From assembly GCA_010356995.1 (NCBI GenBank), contig ML996693.1, forward strand, positions 620,001-684,000: a DNA stretch of 64,000 nucleotides. Reading direction: 5' to 3'. A model generated the notes under the pieces. The model was not told the origin of the DNA. It saw nothing but the letters and a program-made list of their open reading frames with translations, and did not search any database. This DNA is from Trichodelitschia bisporula. Taxonomy: Eukaryota. Made by a program: the position numbers and the translations under genes. This document shows, one piece after another, positions 37,340-47,333 of this stretch (its first letter is position 1; the number at the start of each line of letters is the position of its first letter).

Positions 37340-38593
37340 CTACTCCATCCCATCCATCAGGTCCACCCGATCTAAAATCATCCCTCGAAGTCCGCACCAG
37401 TCCCGCAACATCTCCCACTCTTCCCCCTCTTCCTCCCCCCGCCGGTCCACCTCCTTGAACCCCCAGGCCTGCGCAACGCGATCAACCGCCGCACGCTCCT
37501 CCTCGCGCAGCCAGCGCTGGCGCAGCGGAAGCCCCGTCACCCACGTCACCCGCTCCATCTGGTCGTTGCGCGTCGTGATGGCGACAAAGCCAATCGTGGC
37601 AGTGGCAGCCACGTAAGTAAGGATCCCCGCTGCCGTAATAGCGGTTAGCTGAGCGGGGTCGACGGCGTTGGTGTAGGTGGTGAGATGTGAGCCAACCATA
37701 ATCGCCGCCGCCGGCGCCAGCCCAAGCCCCGTCAGTGCGGGCAGCGCGCGCTTGACAAACTTGTTGCGCTGAAACGCCCTCACCCCATAGCTCGTCTCGA
37801 TGATGGCGAGCGCAAGGGGGAGGTCCGCTGCTTCGATGGCGGCTGTCAGCGCGAGGTCGGCGACTTCGGACGGGATGGCCTGTGATGCTGCCGTGGGTGA
37901 CGTCGAGCGATATTTGACAGGATCGCTTCCTGGTACGGGAGCTGGCTTGGTAGCATAGAGTGCGAAGACTTCCGGAATGGTCGTGGGGCGCTGCAACGTG
38001 CTCTGTATTGATACATAACTTGTTAGGATGGCCGGGGTGAGGTATACTGGAGGATGTGACACGACTCGATGAGCCAACTTGGACAGCAGGTCCACGGTAA
38101 TGGGGAGGGATACGGAATGCGTGGACTTGGAGTCAAGAGAAAGCAGCGTCGATGTCGAGTTTGCTGTCGCGGTATCCTTTGCGCCGCTGGGGGCAGATTT
38201 GATCTGGTTTGCCAGCTGTGAAGCGGCAGCCATAATGGACTCGAGCCTGTGAACTGTCGACTCTTCGCTCGGAATGCCCTTGGAGCTTATAATGCCCTCG
38301 CTGAGCTGTTGTGCCGTCTTGACCAAAGCAGCAGTGTCCGGTGCGGATGATGCCATGTTGATGGTCTCTGTGCTTCCAACTGTCTGCGCATTACTAGTGG
38401 CATGTGAAGGAGCGTCGGTTGGCATGACGCTGGCCAACGTCGATGCAGCTCTCCATTGCAGAGCGCGAGTTTGGTGCGGGGTGGAAGCTGCGACAGCCCA
38501 TATACTTCGGGTCCGCTGCGTAGGCTGCTGTAAACGGTTCCTGCATAATCGGCAGACATATTGCAGGCGAAAATCCAGAGGTACTGGCTTCAT
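37340..38593 (-). CDS. Hypothetical protein, probably mitochondrial with two TM segments
   Basis: Long intronless ORF from MKPVPLDFRLQYVCRLCRNRL (presequence-like). Two hydrophobic stretches, then a protein-like C-terminus ITTRNDQMERVTWVTGLPLRQRWLREEERAAVDRVAQAWGF. Confidence 0.75.
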   Translation of the reverse strand: MKPVPLDFRLQYVCRLCRNRLQQPTQRTRSIWAVAASTPHQTRALQWRAASTLASVMPTDAPSHATSNAQTVGSTETINMASSAPDTAALVKTAQQLSEGIISSKGIPSEESTVHRLESIMAAASQLANQIKSAPSGAKDTATANSTSTLLSLDSKSTHSVSLPITVDLLSKLAHRVVSHPPVYLTPAILTSYVSIQSTLQRPTTIPEVFALYATKPAPVPGSDPVKYRSTSPTAASQAIPSEVADLALTAAIEAADLPLALAIIETSYGVRAFQRNKFVKRALPALTGLGLAPAAAIMVGSHLTTYTNAVDPAQLTAITAAGILTYVAATATIGFVAITTRNDQMERVTWVTGLPLRQRWLREEERAAVDRVAQAWGFKEVDRRGEEEGEEWEMLRDWCGLRGMILDRVDLMDGME

Positions 38594-39002
38594 CGCGGCA
38601 GCGCTCGGGGTGAGGTGGGATAAAGGCCGCTGGTAGAGTAGACGTCGCTGTGGTTGGTACTGGCGACGAGTGGGTGGTAGTGATGGTGGTCGTGGTCGTG
38701 GCTGCTGGGATGTCACATCGGAGAGTTTGCGTTGCGGCCCGTAAAGCTGAGATGGGCGAAGCCGGCAAATCCAAGCCCCAGCCGCTCCACTCCACCCTCT
38801 CCACCAAACTCCAACGCCAGACGCTTCACCATTTTCCATTTCCCATCTTCAACCTCCCACCTTCCACTGCTCAAGTGCCAGATACAGGCAACTTACGCCT
38901 TCACCCACTACTGGCACTTCACATATCCGACCGCCTCTATCCGTATCGCAGCTCTCTGCAGCATTACCTATTCATACTCTCCGCTCTTCCACGCCGACCG
39001 TC

Positions 39003-40559
39003 ATGCCACCCCCTCCACCACCACCGCCCCCACCGCTTCCCGGTATGGGCCGCGGGACTGGTGGTCCTCCGCCGCCTCCCCCACCTGGAAACCTTCCCGG
39101 GAGACCTCCTCCTGGGAAAGGAGCTGGTAGAGTAAGCGGCATAACCGTCCCTTGAGAAACCACGCAATGTATCATACCTCACCAGACTAGGCAGCTAACA
39201 AAGCACTAGGGTGCCCTTTTGGACAGCATTTCACAAGGTGCCCGTCTCAAAAAAGTTACTCAAGTCAACGACAGGTCTGCGCCTATAGTCGGAAAGGTGT
39301 CCGATGGCCCTGCACCTCCCCCCTCTGCGCCGCCAGTACCAGGCATGGTGGCGGTTCCGAAGCCGCCATCGTCGGCTGCCAATCTTGCGCCACCCGTTCC
39401 CTCAAACAGGACTCGGAGCAACAGCGATGGAGGGGGGGGTGTGGGAGGAGACGGTGCTGGCGGTGGAGGCGGAATGGGAGCGCCGCCGCAGCTGGCGGGG
39501 ATACTAGCTGGCGGGATGCCCAAGCTCAGGAAGGCTGCCGGCAGCATCGACACGGGCGCGACGAGCCACTCACCATACCTCTCAGACCCCGAAACCTCGC
39601 GGGCAGCCGCTCCTCGAGTGCCTGTGGGAGCACCGCGGCCGCCGGGTGCGCCTCCACCACCGCCTGGCGCGGCACCCGTCCCGCCGTCCATGGCCCATCT
39701 GCGGAGCAACCTCCGACCTTCGTCTCTAGCCACCAGCCACTCGTCGCCGGATGTGACACCGCCAAAACCGAAGCCACCACCGGTCGGCAAGAAGCCTCCG
39801 ATCCCGCCTCCCTCGTCTCGGAAGCCGTCCGGTATGGTCATGCCTCCGTCTGTCCATACGCCGCCTTCGGCACCGCCACCGCCGCCGGTCCCAGCCCCGC
39901 GACCTCCCCCTTCCCGCTCAACGCCGCCGCCGGCTCCTCCCAGCGTACCGTCCGGAGATGGTGCCAGCTCAAACTATTCGCTTGCAGAACAGGCTGCTCG
40001 CAACGCGTTTGGTCGCCCGTCTCCCGCAGCAGCCCCACATGCACCTCCGCCATCGGCTCCACCGTCGGCTCCGCCTCATCGAGATGATGGAGATTACGAT
40101 CCATACAGATATTCAGGTACACCTCCGGCCCCCGCGCCTCCACCTCCACGGCCCGCTGTGGCGGCACCCCCTCCTCCACCACCTCCTCCGAGTGCGACGC
40201 CTGCTCCACCTCCCGCACCCCCAGCTCCTGTTTCCCCGCCACCCTCGCGTTCAGCGGCAAAGCCTGCTGGTCGTTCCATGCTCGATGTGTCTGCGCCGCC
40301 TCCTTCGTCGAATCGGGGGTTGCTATACAAGGCGAGCACCTTCACATTGGTCAACGGCGACAGTGTCGACCGCGACCCGACTCCCGTCACCCTTCACCAC
40401 CGACAGTCAAGCCACCACCAGGAACCGATTCATGACACGCGGTACAGATTCCAGGATGACTCCCAGTTCCCGAAGCCTCGAGACTTCAAGGGCGGCCCGA
40501 AGAAGTACCGTGCCGGGCGGGTGAGCAGTGTTCCGTTGGATCTTAGCGCACTCGAGTAG
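39003..40559 (+). CDS. VRP1: Verprolin/WIP-like proline-rich actin regulator with WH2 domain
   Basis: Exon 1 39003-39131 (MPPPPPPPPPP..GAGR); intron 39132-39209. Exon 2 starts GALLDSISQGARLKKVTQVNDRSAP (WH2), contains GGMPKLRK, and ends RFQDDSQFPKPRDFKGGPKKYRAG. Confidence 0.88.
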
Positions 40560-40741
40560 TTGTCAATGGCGAATTGGAGATTTGATTATTCTAGTCATGG
40601 GCTTTTTTGCGTTAATGCTTATTCGGGCGTACGGGGCGTAAAAGTGTACAAATCCGATATCCCGGCCTCAAATTCATGTTCAAGCCGCGATGCCATCGGA
40701 GTTGCTGGGCTAGCGGGCGGCCATCAAGCGAACCGTCGTGA

Positions 40742-42576
40742 TTATTCAGTCCGTGTGTCCATGCTATTGTCAGCATCAAGCCCCTCCTCTGCAGCGTGCA
40801 TGCCTGTCATCTGGACGCTGGCTGCATCCCTCTGGCTCCTCCACTTGCATACCAATCCACCCAGCGCACCCATTGTCATGCCTCCTAGATGGGTTAGGTG
40901 GTCGTTAGGCCCTTTGCCCTTCGCCCTCCGCATAATGAAGAACTCGTAGGCTACGACGAGGGCTAGCAGTATTCTCGAGTCATACTCGAAGCTTCGATTC
41001 ACCGGCCAAGGTAAGTGCATCTCGCGGTCATCACGAACTGTGAGGAAAGCACACACGATGCCATACACAGCACCGCTTGCACCGACTGTTGCTGCTAGGA
41101 AGTCGCGAGTCAGGACGCGGTACCAAAGACTGGTGAGCGATCCGGCGATGCCAGCTGTGAGGTAGAGAGCGAGGAAGTTGCCGCGGCCAATCTCTTCGTG
41201 CACTGGAAAGTCAGTGGAGCCATCGGGCTGGAATAAGAGTGGGTGCATACCTTGGAGACCGACTAGGCCAATGAAGGCCATGTTCTGGAGCAGGTGACCG
41301 GCATACTGGTGGCTAAAGAGAGCACCTAGGACGCTGAACGCATTAGGGTGGCCGGCTGAGAGCATGAAGTATCGGTTCATCATCCACCAGGCTCGGGGCA
41401 AGCGCCAGAGGACGAAAACGGCAGCATTAGCGGCCGCAAGTGCTATGCATGTAGACATGGCGGGGGGAACATCTGGAAACAGTCGCATCGAGAGGCTTGG
41501 GGGCTCGTAGGACTCCGCGTACACCAGCGACAGTCCTGCAACGCCCAAGCCCACCAATGTAGGTGCCCACAGGCGGCTGAACTGCGCTTGTTAGCGCCGC
41601 GCAGTGTAGGTCCAGGAAACATACGGCACTCCGCTCCGCAAATATCTTTTCCGGCTCGATCTGAGCAGCTTCCTTAAGTCGCTCCCAGTGCTCGCGTTTC
41701 CGCTCCGAAGCTTCATCTACTGGTGTGAGCGTACATCGAATTGGGCGTGAATCACCTACCGAGCTCAACCCGCTTCTGGGCAATGATATCAAGTTGTTGG
41801 TCCTGTACGGTAGGTCCATTCTCTGCTTGTTTTTCCAGTGCCAACCTCTCCTCCTCTTCTACCAGTCGCCTCCTTTCCACGAGTACACTCGGTCCGTAAA
41901 TTTCGTCCACTGGCTGCACAACGCCGACGCTCTCTTCCGGCTCACTTTTCTTGTATAATCCAAGCTTTTCCGCCCGCTCCATGTACTCTTGCTCCAGTCT
42001 CGCCACCTCCTCTTCGGCCCACTGTGCGGCAGCTGCTTCCTCGTCGACGGGGTACTTTTGGCGAAGCCATGCCAGCGCTTTGAGGCCTTGTTCCTCGGTG
42101 ACGTCGGGAAAAGCGATGCCTCTATCGGCCAACGAGCCCGAGGTGCGCCGCTCTTGTAATTCGTGCAAGACTTTAGTGCCCCAAGCTACCGACACACTCG
42201 TGCCAAATATATCCTTGATCTCTGCCTTAGCAAAGACTTCCGCTGGCTTCGTTTGCGCAGGGCGGGCAGGCGGGGTTTTGGCAGGCGGAGCCCGTGGAGG
42301 CTTGGGCTTCTTCTCGGTGGTCTTTTTATGGGCGGAAGCGGCCGACTTAGAGCTTGCGTGCCGTATGGTGAGGCATTGAGCGCTAACCACGGGCTTGCGT
42401 TCGCGAATTTGCTGGAGCCGTGAGCCGATGGGACTCCAGCGGGCGGTGGCCTGGAAGGTACGCAGGCTCGATCTCGTTGCGAGAGCAATTCGGGGTGAAT
42501 GGCGACATGGCTGAAGATTTGAGATTAGGGTGTAGGTATTCGACGCCTTGCTTGCAAATGTCGACACATGGTTCAT
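40742..42576 (-). CDS. PCP1: Mitochondrial rhomboid protease, PARL/Pcp1 family
   Basis: Exons 42576-41760, 41719-41625, 41581-41251, 41202-40742. Motifs: FSHQYAGHLLQNM, GASG (catalytic Ser), HLGG (catalytic His). Start codon uncertain. Confidence 0.85.
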
Positions 42577-42798
42577 TGCTGGACCGAATGAGGGGCGGTT
42601 GGTGGAGAACCGTTGATACTGGATGCGCATAAACAGAGGCTCCGCAACATTTTGCCCTTTGACGTCGCGTCCGGGGGTCTGCGTCCGCCCCGCCAACGTA
42701 CGCAAAGTGCGCCATCCCCCGCAGTCCGCTTTGACAACCGCCCCTCATCTCTACCACCAACCACACGCACTAGATCAGCAACGCAAAACAACATCAAC

Positions 42799-43254
42799 AT
42801 GTCGGCAGAGGCGGATCCCATAACTTCAGAGCATTTCTCTCGCGCACTCAAAGATCTCCCTCTGTCCTCACTCTACGCAAAGGCATCGGAGCTCCGCAAC
42901 TCGATGGCTCACCTCCAGTCCTCGAACGAGCAGCTCCGCGAGTTTGCCGAGGCTGGAGACCGGGACTGTTTTGAGGCGATCCAGGAGAACGAGGAGGTGC
43001 TACAACGCATGGAAATGCGTATTCTGCTCGTGCGCAATGAGGTCGAAGCGCGCGGCTTGGTGTGGTCAGAGCATGGTAGCGGTGATGTAACGGCAAATGG
43101 CGCTAGTGAAGCTAAGGTTGAAGGTCCAGAAACGACAGAAGCAGCTACCGCTGAAGGAGGGCAGTCCGGTGGACATCTCTCAGATGAGGAGCTTCGGCGG
43201 CGATTGGCGGAGAGTATGGAGGAAAACGGAGATGATGGGGGTGTGCACCTGTAG
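42799..43254 (+). CDS. TMA17: Tma17/Adc17-like small coiled-coil protein
   Basis: MSAEADPITSEHFSRALKDLPLSSLYAKASELRNSMAHLQSSNEQL..EAIQENEEVLQRM..EVEARG; ATG in a good caacATG context. Confidence 0.7.
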   Translation: MSAEADPITSEHFSRALKDLPLSSLYAKASELRNSMAHLQSSNEQLREFAEAGDRDCFEAIQENEEVLQRMEMRILLVRNEVEARGLVWSEHGSGDVTANGASEAKVEGPETTEAATAEGGQSGGHLSDEELRRRLAESMEENGDDGGVHL

Positions 43255-43970
43255 ATAGGTGGCAGATCAGGCGTACGGACAAGAGCACTGCTCTGGAATA
43301 CCCGACCATATGGATGATCTTCGATCAATGGTAGTTGTCCCTATGGTATCCCTGGGTCTGTCTGTTAACGGCGCAGGGAATAAAGCAATGAACGTCCGGT
43401 TCAACGAGAAAAACTTTGATGAGCCAGATTATCGATTACTCGAACCGCATTCAAAGCCCCTAGCAATATAAAACCCTCAGACGCTCTCCTATCCATACCC
43501 TGATCGATAGGAGTCAAACCGGGCTTGTACAACAGCTGTCATGTTTGAGATCTCCTGAAGATCGGTCTATGTCCCGGTGTCCGACATGGAGCAGAGAGGT
43601 TGGAGTGATATGAAGGTTGAAATGGCAGAGAGGAGTAGGGATGTTTGGCTCTTTATCGTCTTAACACTCTCTGAAACTGAATGTCGCCTGTGGGTTGGAT
43701 ATTCCGCGCTTCGGTAGCTCTCTTGGTCATGTCACATGCATTTGGCTAGAGACAGTCTGTAGGAAGTGATCGGGTCTGGATTTAACATTTGACATCATTT
43801 AGTTTTCTTGATCCTTGGTATATATCGCTACGGGAGTAGTAGTCGTAAGCTAGAAGGTAGCACGTTTCGCTATGTCTGGTATACCATTTCAGCCAGTGTG
43901 GCAGCGTCATTCGGTCCAACGACTTGAATCACGAAAGCCACACTCCCTTGGCAATTGAACCATGCCGGCT

Positions 43971-44808
43971 TCAGTCATCCTCGGAGGACGAATACCCCCC
44001 CAATCCAAGCCCTACGAATGACGGAAGGGTGGTCGGAGTTGCCTTGGCCACCGCCGGGGCCGATGGGGACGCAACGACTTCATCCTTCGACGTCGAAACA
44101 GGAGGCTTAGGTGCCGGTTCGGCCTTCTTTGGTACGTCGGTGGACGTTGAAGCTTTGCGAAGCTTCACGCCTTTCAGGATCTCCTTTTCGGGACCTTTCT
44201 TCCGCTTCTTGCCACTCACTGTCCACTCTGCCACAGGTGTCTCCTCAACCAGGCCGGTGTTCATTTCGAGGGCCAGTGAGGCCCGTTCTGCCTCTTCCTG
44301 TTGCTTCCTAAAAGCAGCCAGCCGTTCAGCCGTTTCTTTGCGGACGGCAGCCTCTTGGGCGCGCGTCGACTCGAGGACGGAATCAAGGAATTCGACTTCA
44401 TCATCATCCAGTGATCGGAATTGGTTTTTGAGACGGACAGACTGCGGAAGCGGTTAGCTCTAGACCATGATCTCGGTTGGTCCAGCATGAGACGATGGAT
44501 GGGAGAAGGGGAGGAGGGTTGGAAAGGGAGGGTACCTCTTCAAATGCTTCCTGTTTGGCGGCTGGTCATCGGCAAACGAGCACCTGCAATGTGAGCCATG
44601 AACATAGTCTATGTCCGTGAGCGCGAGCTCCACAGCGCCCTTCACCTTTGTTTGCCTCTAGGGCCTCGTAAAGGCTCTTTCCTCCATTTTCCCGACTGGC
44701 CGCTTCCCTCCGCTTCCGATTCTCCTCAAGCTCTTGCTGTGCCTTTAGCCACTCGTCATCGCGCTGGATTGGCTCATCGAGAGATCCACCAGGCACAAAG
44801 CGGGACAT
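43971..44808 (-). CDS. FYV6: FAM192A/Fyv6 (NIP30 N-terminal domain) protein
   Basis: Exons 44808-44646, 44561-44536, 44441-43971 give MSRFVPGG..KSLYEALEANK|AAKQEAFEE|SVRLKNQFRSLDDDEVEFLDSV, ending GLGGYSSSEDD. Confidence 0.85.
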
Positions 44809-45056
44809 GGCCTAGTTGAAAATGAGGGGTGTTTGGTGGTTGTTTGGACGATAATGCGTGACCCGAGGTAGTTCTCGTGGAGTAGTAGTAGAGTGGTGGT
44901 TGATAGACCTTGTTTCGTTGCTTGCCACCCGCGTTTCCGACGCTTCTCTCCGTCCCTTGTCCCTGTCGAAATCGGAGAAAAAAGGCGCGAGGTGGAGGAA
45001 GATGATGACGATTGGAGGGAATTGAGAAATCGTTGGGGAGTAACGGGGGGGAACAA

Positions 45057-45140
45057 GTGGGGGTAATCCCTTGCACCGCATTGTTGCAAGCCCCAGAGCC
45101 CCGGTTTCCAAATGTTACCCCTCGGTGGGGTTTGCCCCGC
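45057..45140. promoter_or_regulatory. Cluster of five CreA/Mig1 consensus (SYGGRG) sites in the FYV6/AKR divergent promoter
   Basis: GTGGGG 45057-62, CCCCAG 45091-96, CCCCGG 45099-104, GTGGGG 45125-30, CCCCGC 45135-40. Confidence 0.4.
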
Positions 45141-45399
45141 AACTGTTGCTACTGTCGTAACAGTTGCTTCCCACCAGAGAGTCACATTCTCCCACTAGAA
45201 CCCTTCGAGCGCGCGCAAAGGAAGAGCATTCTAATTTGGAAAGCGCCGTCATCGGGGTTGAAAACGCTAGAAAAAGTAGGATTCGACCTACATAAAGCTC
45301 CCACCTTCCCCTCGGTCGAATTTCCCTTCTAACCAAACAACAAAAAAGTCCTCCGTATTCCCGATTTCTCCTACTGTACAATCCTAATCACAATTCACC

Positions 45400-46636
45400 A
45401 TGGCCTCAACTCTCGAACATACCAAGCTCAAGTTCAAACTGAACACGGGGGACGAGATCCCTGCCGTAGGCCTTGGTTCGTGTCATGCCTCCAATTGCCC
45501 TCCAATGTTTCCGTGTGACGAATGGCTGATTTTCAATAACAAGGCACGTGGCAATCTGCTCCTGGTGAGGTGCGCAATGCCGTCAAGGTCGCGCTGCAAA
45601 AGGGTTACAGACACATCGACACGGCGCTTGCCTATGGAAACGAGAAGGAAGTAGGCGAGGGCATTCGGGACTCAGGCGTTCCGCGCAGTGAGATCTGGAT
45701 CACAACGAAGCTCGACAACCCCTGGCACAAGAGAGTCGAGGAGGGCATTACTTCCTCGCTTCAGTCCCTGGGTGTTGACTATGTTGATCTCTACCTCATG
45801 GTTGGTCAATCCCCGCGCCTCTGCAACCGACCAGACAGCAGCAAACTAAACAGCATGCAAGCACTGGCCGTCGTCCACGGATCCTAATGATCTGAAGAAG
45901 CATCTGCCGGACTGGAACTTTGTCAAGACCTGGTACGAAACCACAGAAGCCAGTTTGCCGCTTGCCTAACATAACCTGATATAGGGCCGAGATGCAAAAG
46001 CTCCCGGCTTCGGGCCGAGTGCGCAACATCGGCGTCTCCAACTTCGGCATCCGGAATCTGGAAATTCTGCTCAACGATCCCTCTTGCAAGATTGTCCCAG
46101 CCGTGAACCAGATTGAGGTACGATTTTCTGCTTCTGTTCCATATTTTGGCACTGACAATTGTTGTAGCTTCATCCTAACAACCCATCGTGAGTGTTGTTG
46201 GCACAAGTATGTTGTGTGAGTGGAAGCTGAGACGAACAGGCCCAAGCTGCTTGAATACTGCAAGCAGAAGGGGATTCACGCCACGGCATACTCGTGCCTC
46301 GGCTCGACCGACTCGCCGCTTTACAAGGACGAGAAAATCATCAAGCTGGCAGAGTCCAAGGGCAAGACTGTGCAGCAAGTGCTGTGAGTTGTGACGCCGG
46401 CCTGCACAAGATGACTGTTTTGCTGACGCTTGGACAGTTTGATGTGGGGGCTGCAGCGCGGAACGAGCGTCATCCCGAAGAGTGTCACCGCATCTCGGAT
46501 TGAGAAGAACTATGAGCTGGATGGCTGGGAGCTGACAGCCGATGAGATCAAGGCGCTGGACAGTCTGACTGGCCGCTTCAAGGTGTGCGGAGATGCCTGG
46601 CTTCCCATCAAGGTCTTTTTCGGTGATGATGAGTAG
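45400..46636 (+). CDS. Aldo-keto reductase (NADP+ glycerol dehydrogenase, Gcy1/Ypr1-like)
   Basis: Seven exons: 45400-45475, 45544-45800, 45862-45932, 45985-46117, 46168-46187, 46240-46383, 46438-46636. Motifs: [49 protein letters not shown]. Confidence 0.92.
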
Positions 46637-46762
46637 GTTGTCGATGGGAGAGGATACTGTAGATTGGGCTACACAGATAGACCCAAGGACAAGTAGAATG
46701 AAAACTTGAGTTGCTACCCAATTGGATTCTGCGTATATGTTTATGTGTGTGAGCGAGCCGGG

Positions 46763-46827
46763 CTGGAGGAGAACTGAAGAAGAATTGAAGAAGAACTGGA
46801 GGAGAAGTGAAGGAGAACTGGAGGAGA
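46763..46827. repeat. Degenerate 11-bp tandem repeat (CTGRAGRAGAA)x6
   Basis: ctggaggagaa ctgaagaagaa ttgaagaagaa ctggaggagaa gtgaaggagaa ctggaggaga. Confidence 0.8.
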
Positions 46828-47333
46828 GAATAGAAGTTACCGTTGCCTAGGTGCATGCAATGTTGCTGTGGCTGAGCTGCGAGGGGGGTGATGTGGCGTC
46901 GCTACTTTGCATTCCTTCCCCCACTCTTAATTGCGGAAAGCTAAAAAGAGAAAGCGCAACCTTCTCCTCCCCCTCCTCCTCCGCTCTCCAACCAAGAGGA
47001 TCTTCCTGCAGGCTGTTACACCGTAGTACACCGTACGGCCTGGTTATTTACTATCACGTTAGCATAGAAAGAAAGGCAGTGGCGTTCAGTACTTGTGATT
47101 CATCTATCCCCCCCCCCCCCCCCACAAGCTCTCATCACCTCCCAAGCTCTAGTTCTAGTCTATAAAAGCATCCTCTCACTCCACTTCCCTCCCCTCTCCC
47201 AAACCCTTCCCCACCGAACAATACTTCATTGTCTACCATAGTTGAAGTTTGGCTCACCGGTTCGCCTTGGTTCCGCGACTGATTCTACACCTTTTCCTAC
47301 TCCAAGTTAACCCGCTCAAATCTCTCCGCAACA

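Noticed and set aside
42799..44808. TMA17/ADC17 next to FAM192A as a 'proteasome regulator cluster'
   Set aside because: Convergent orientation, no shared promoter, and no synteny evidence available. Probably coincidence.
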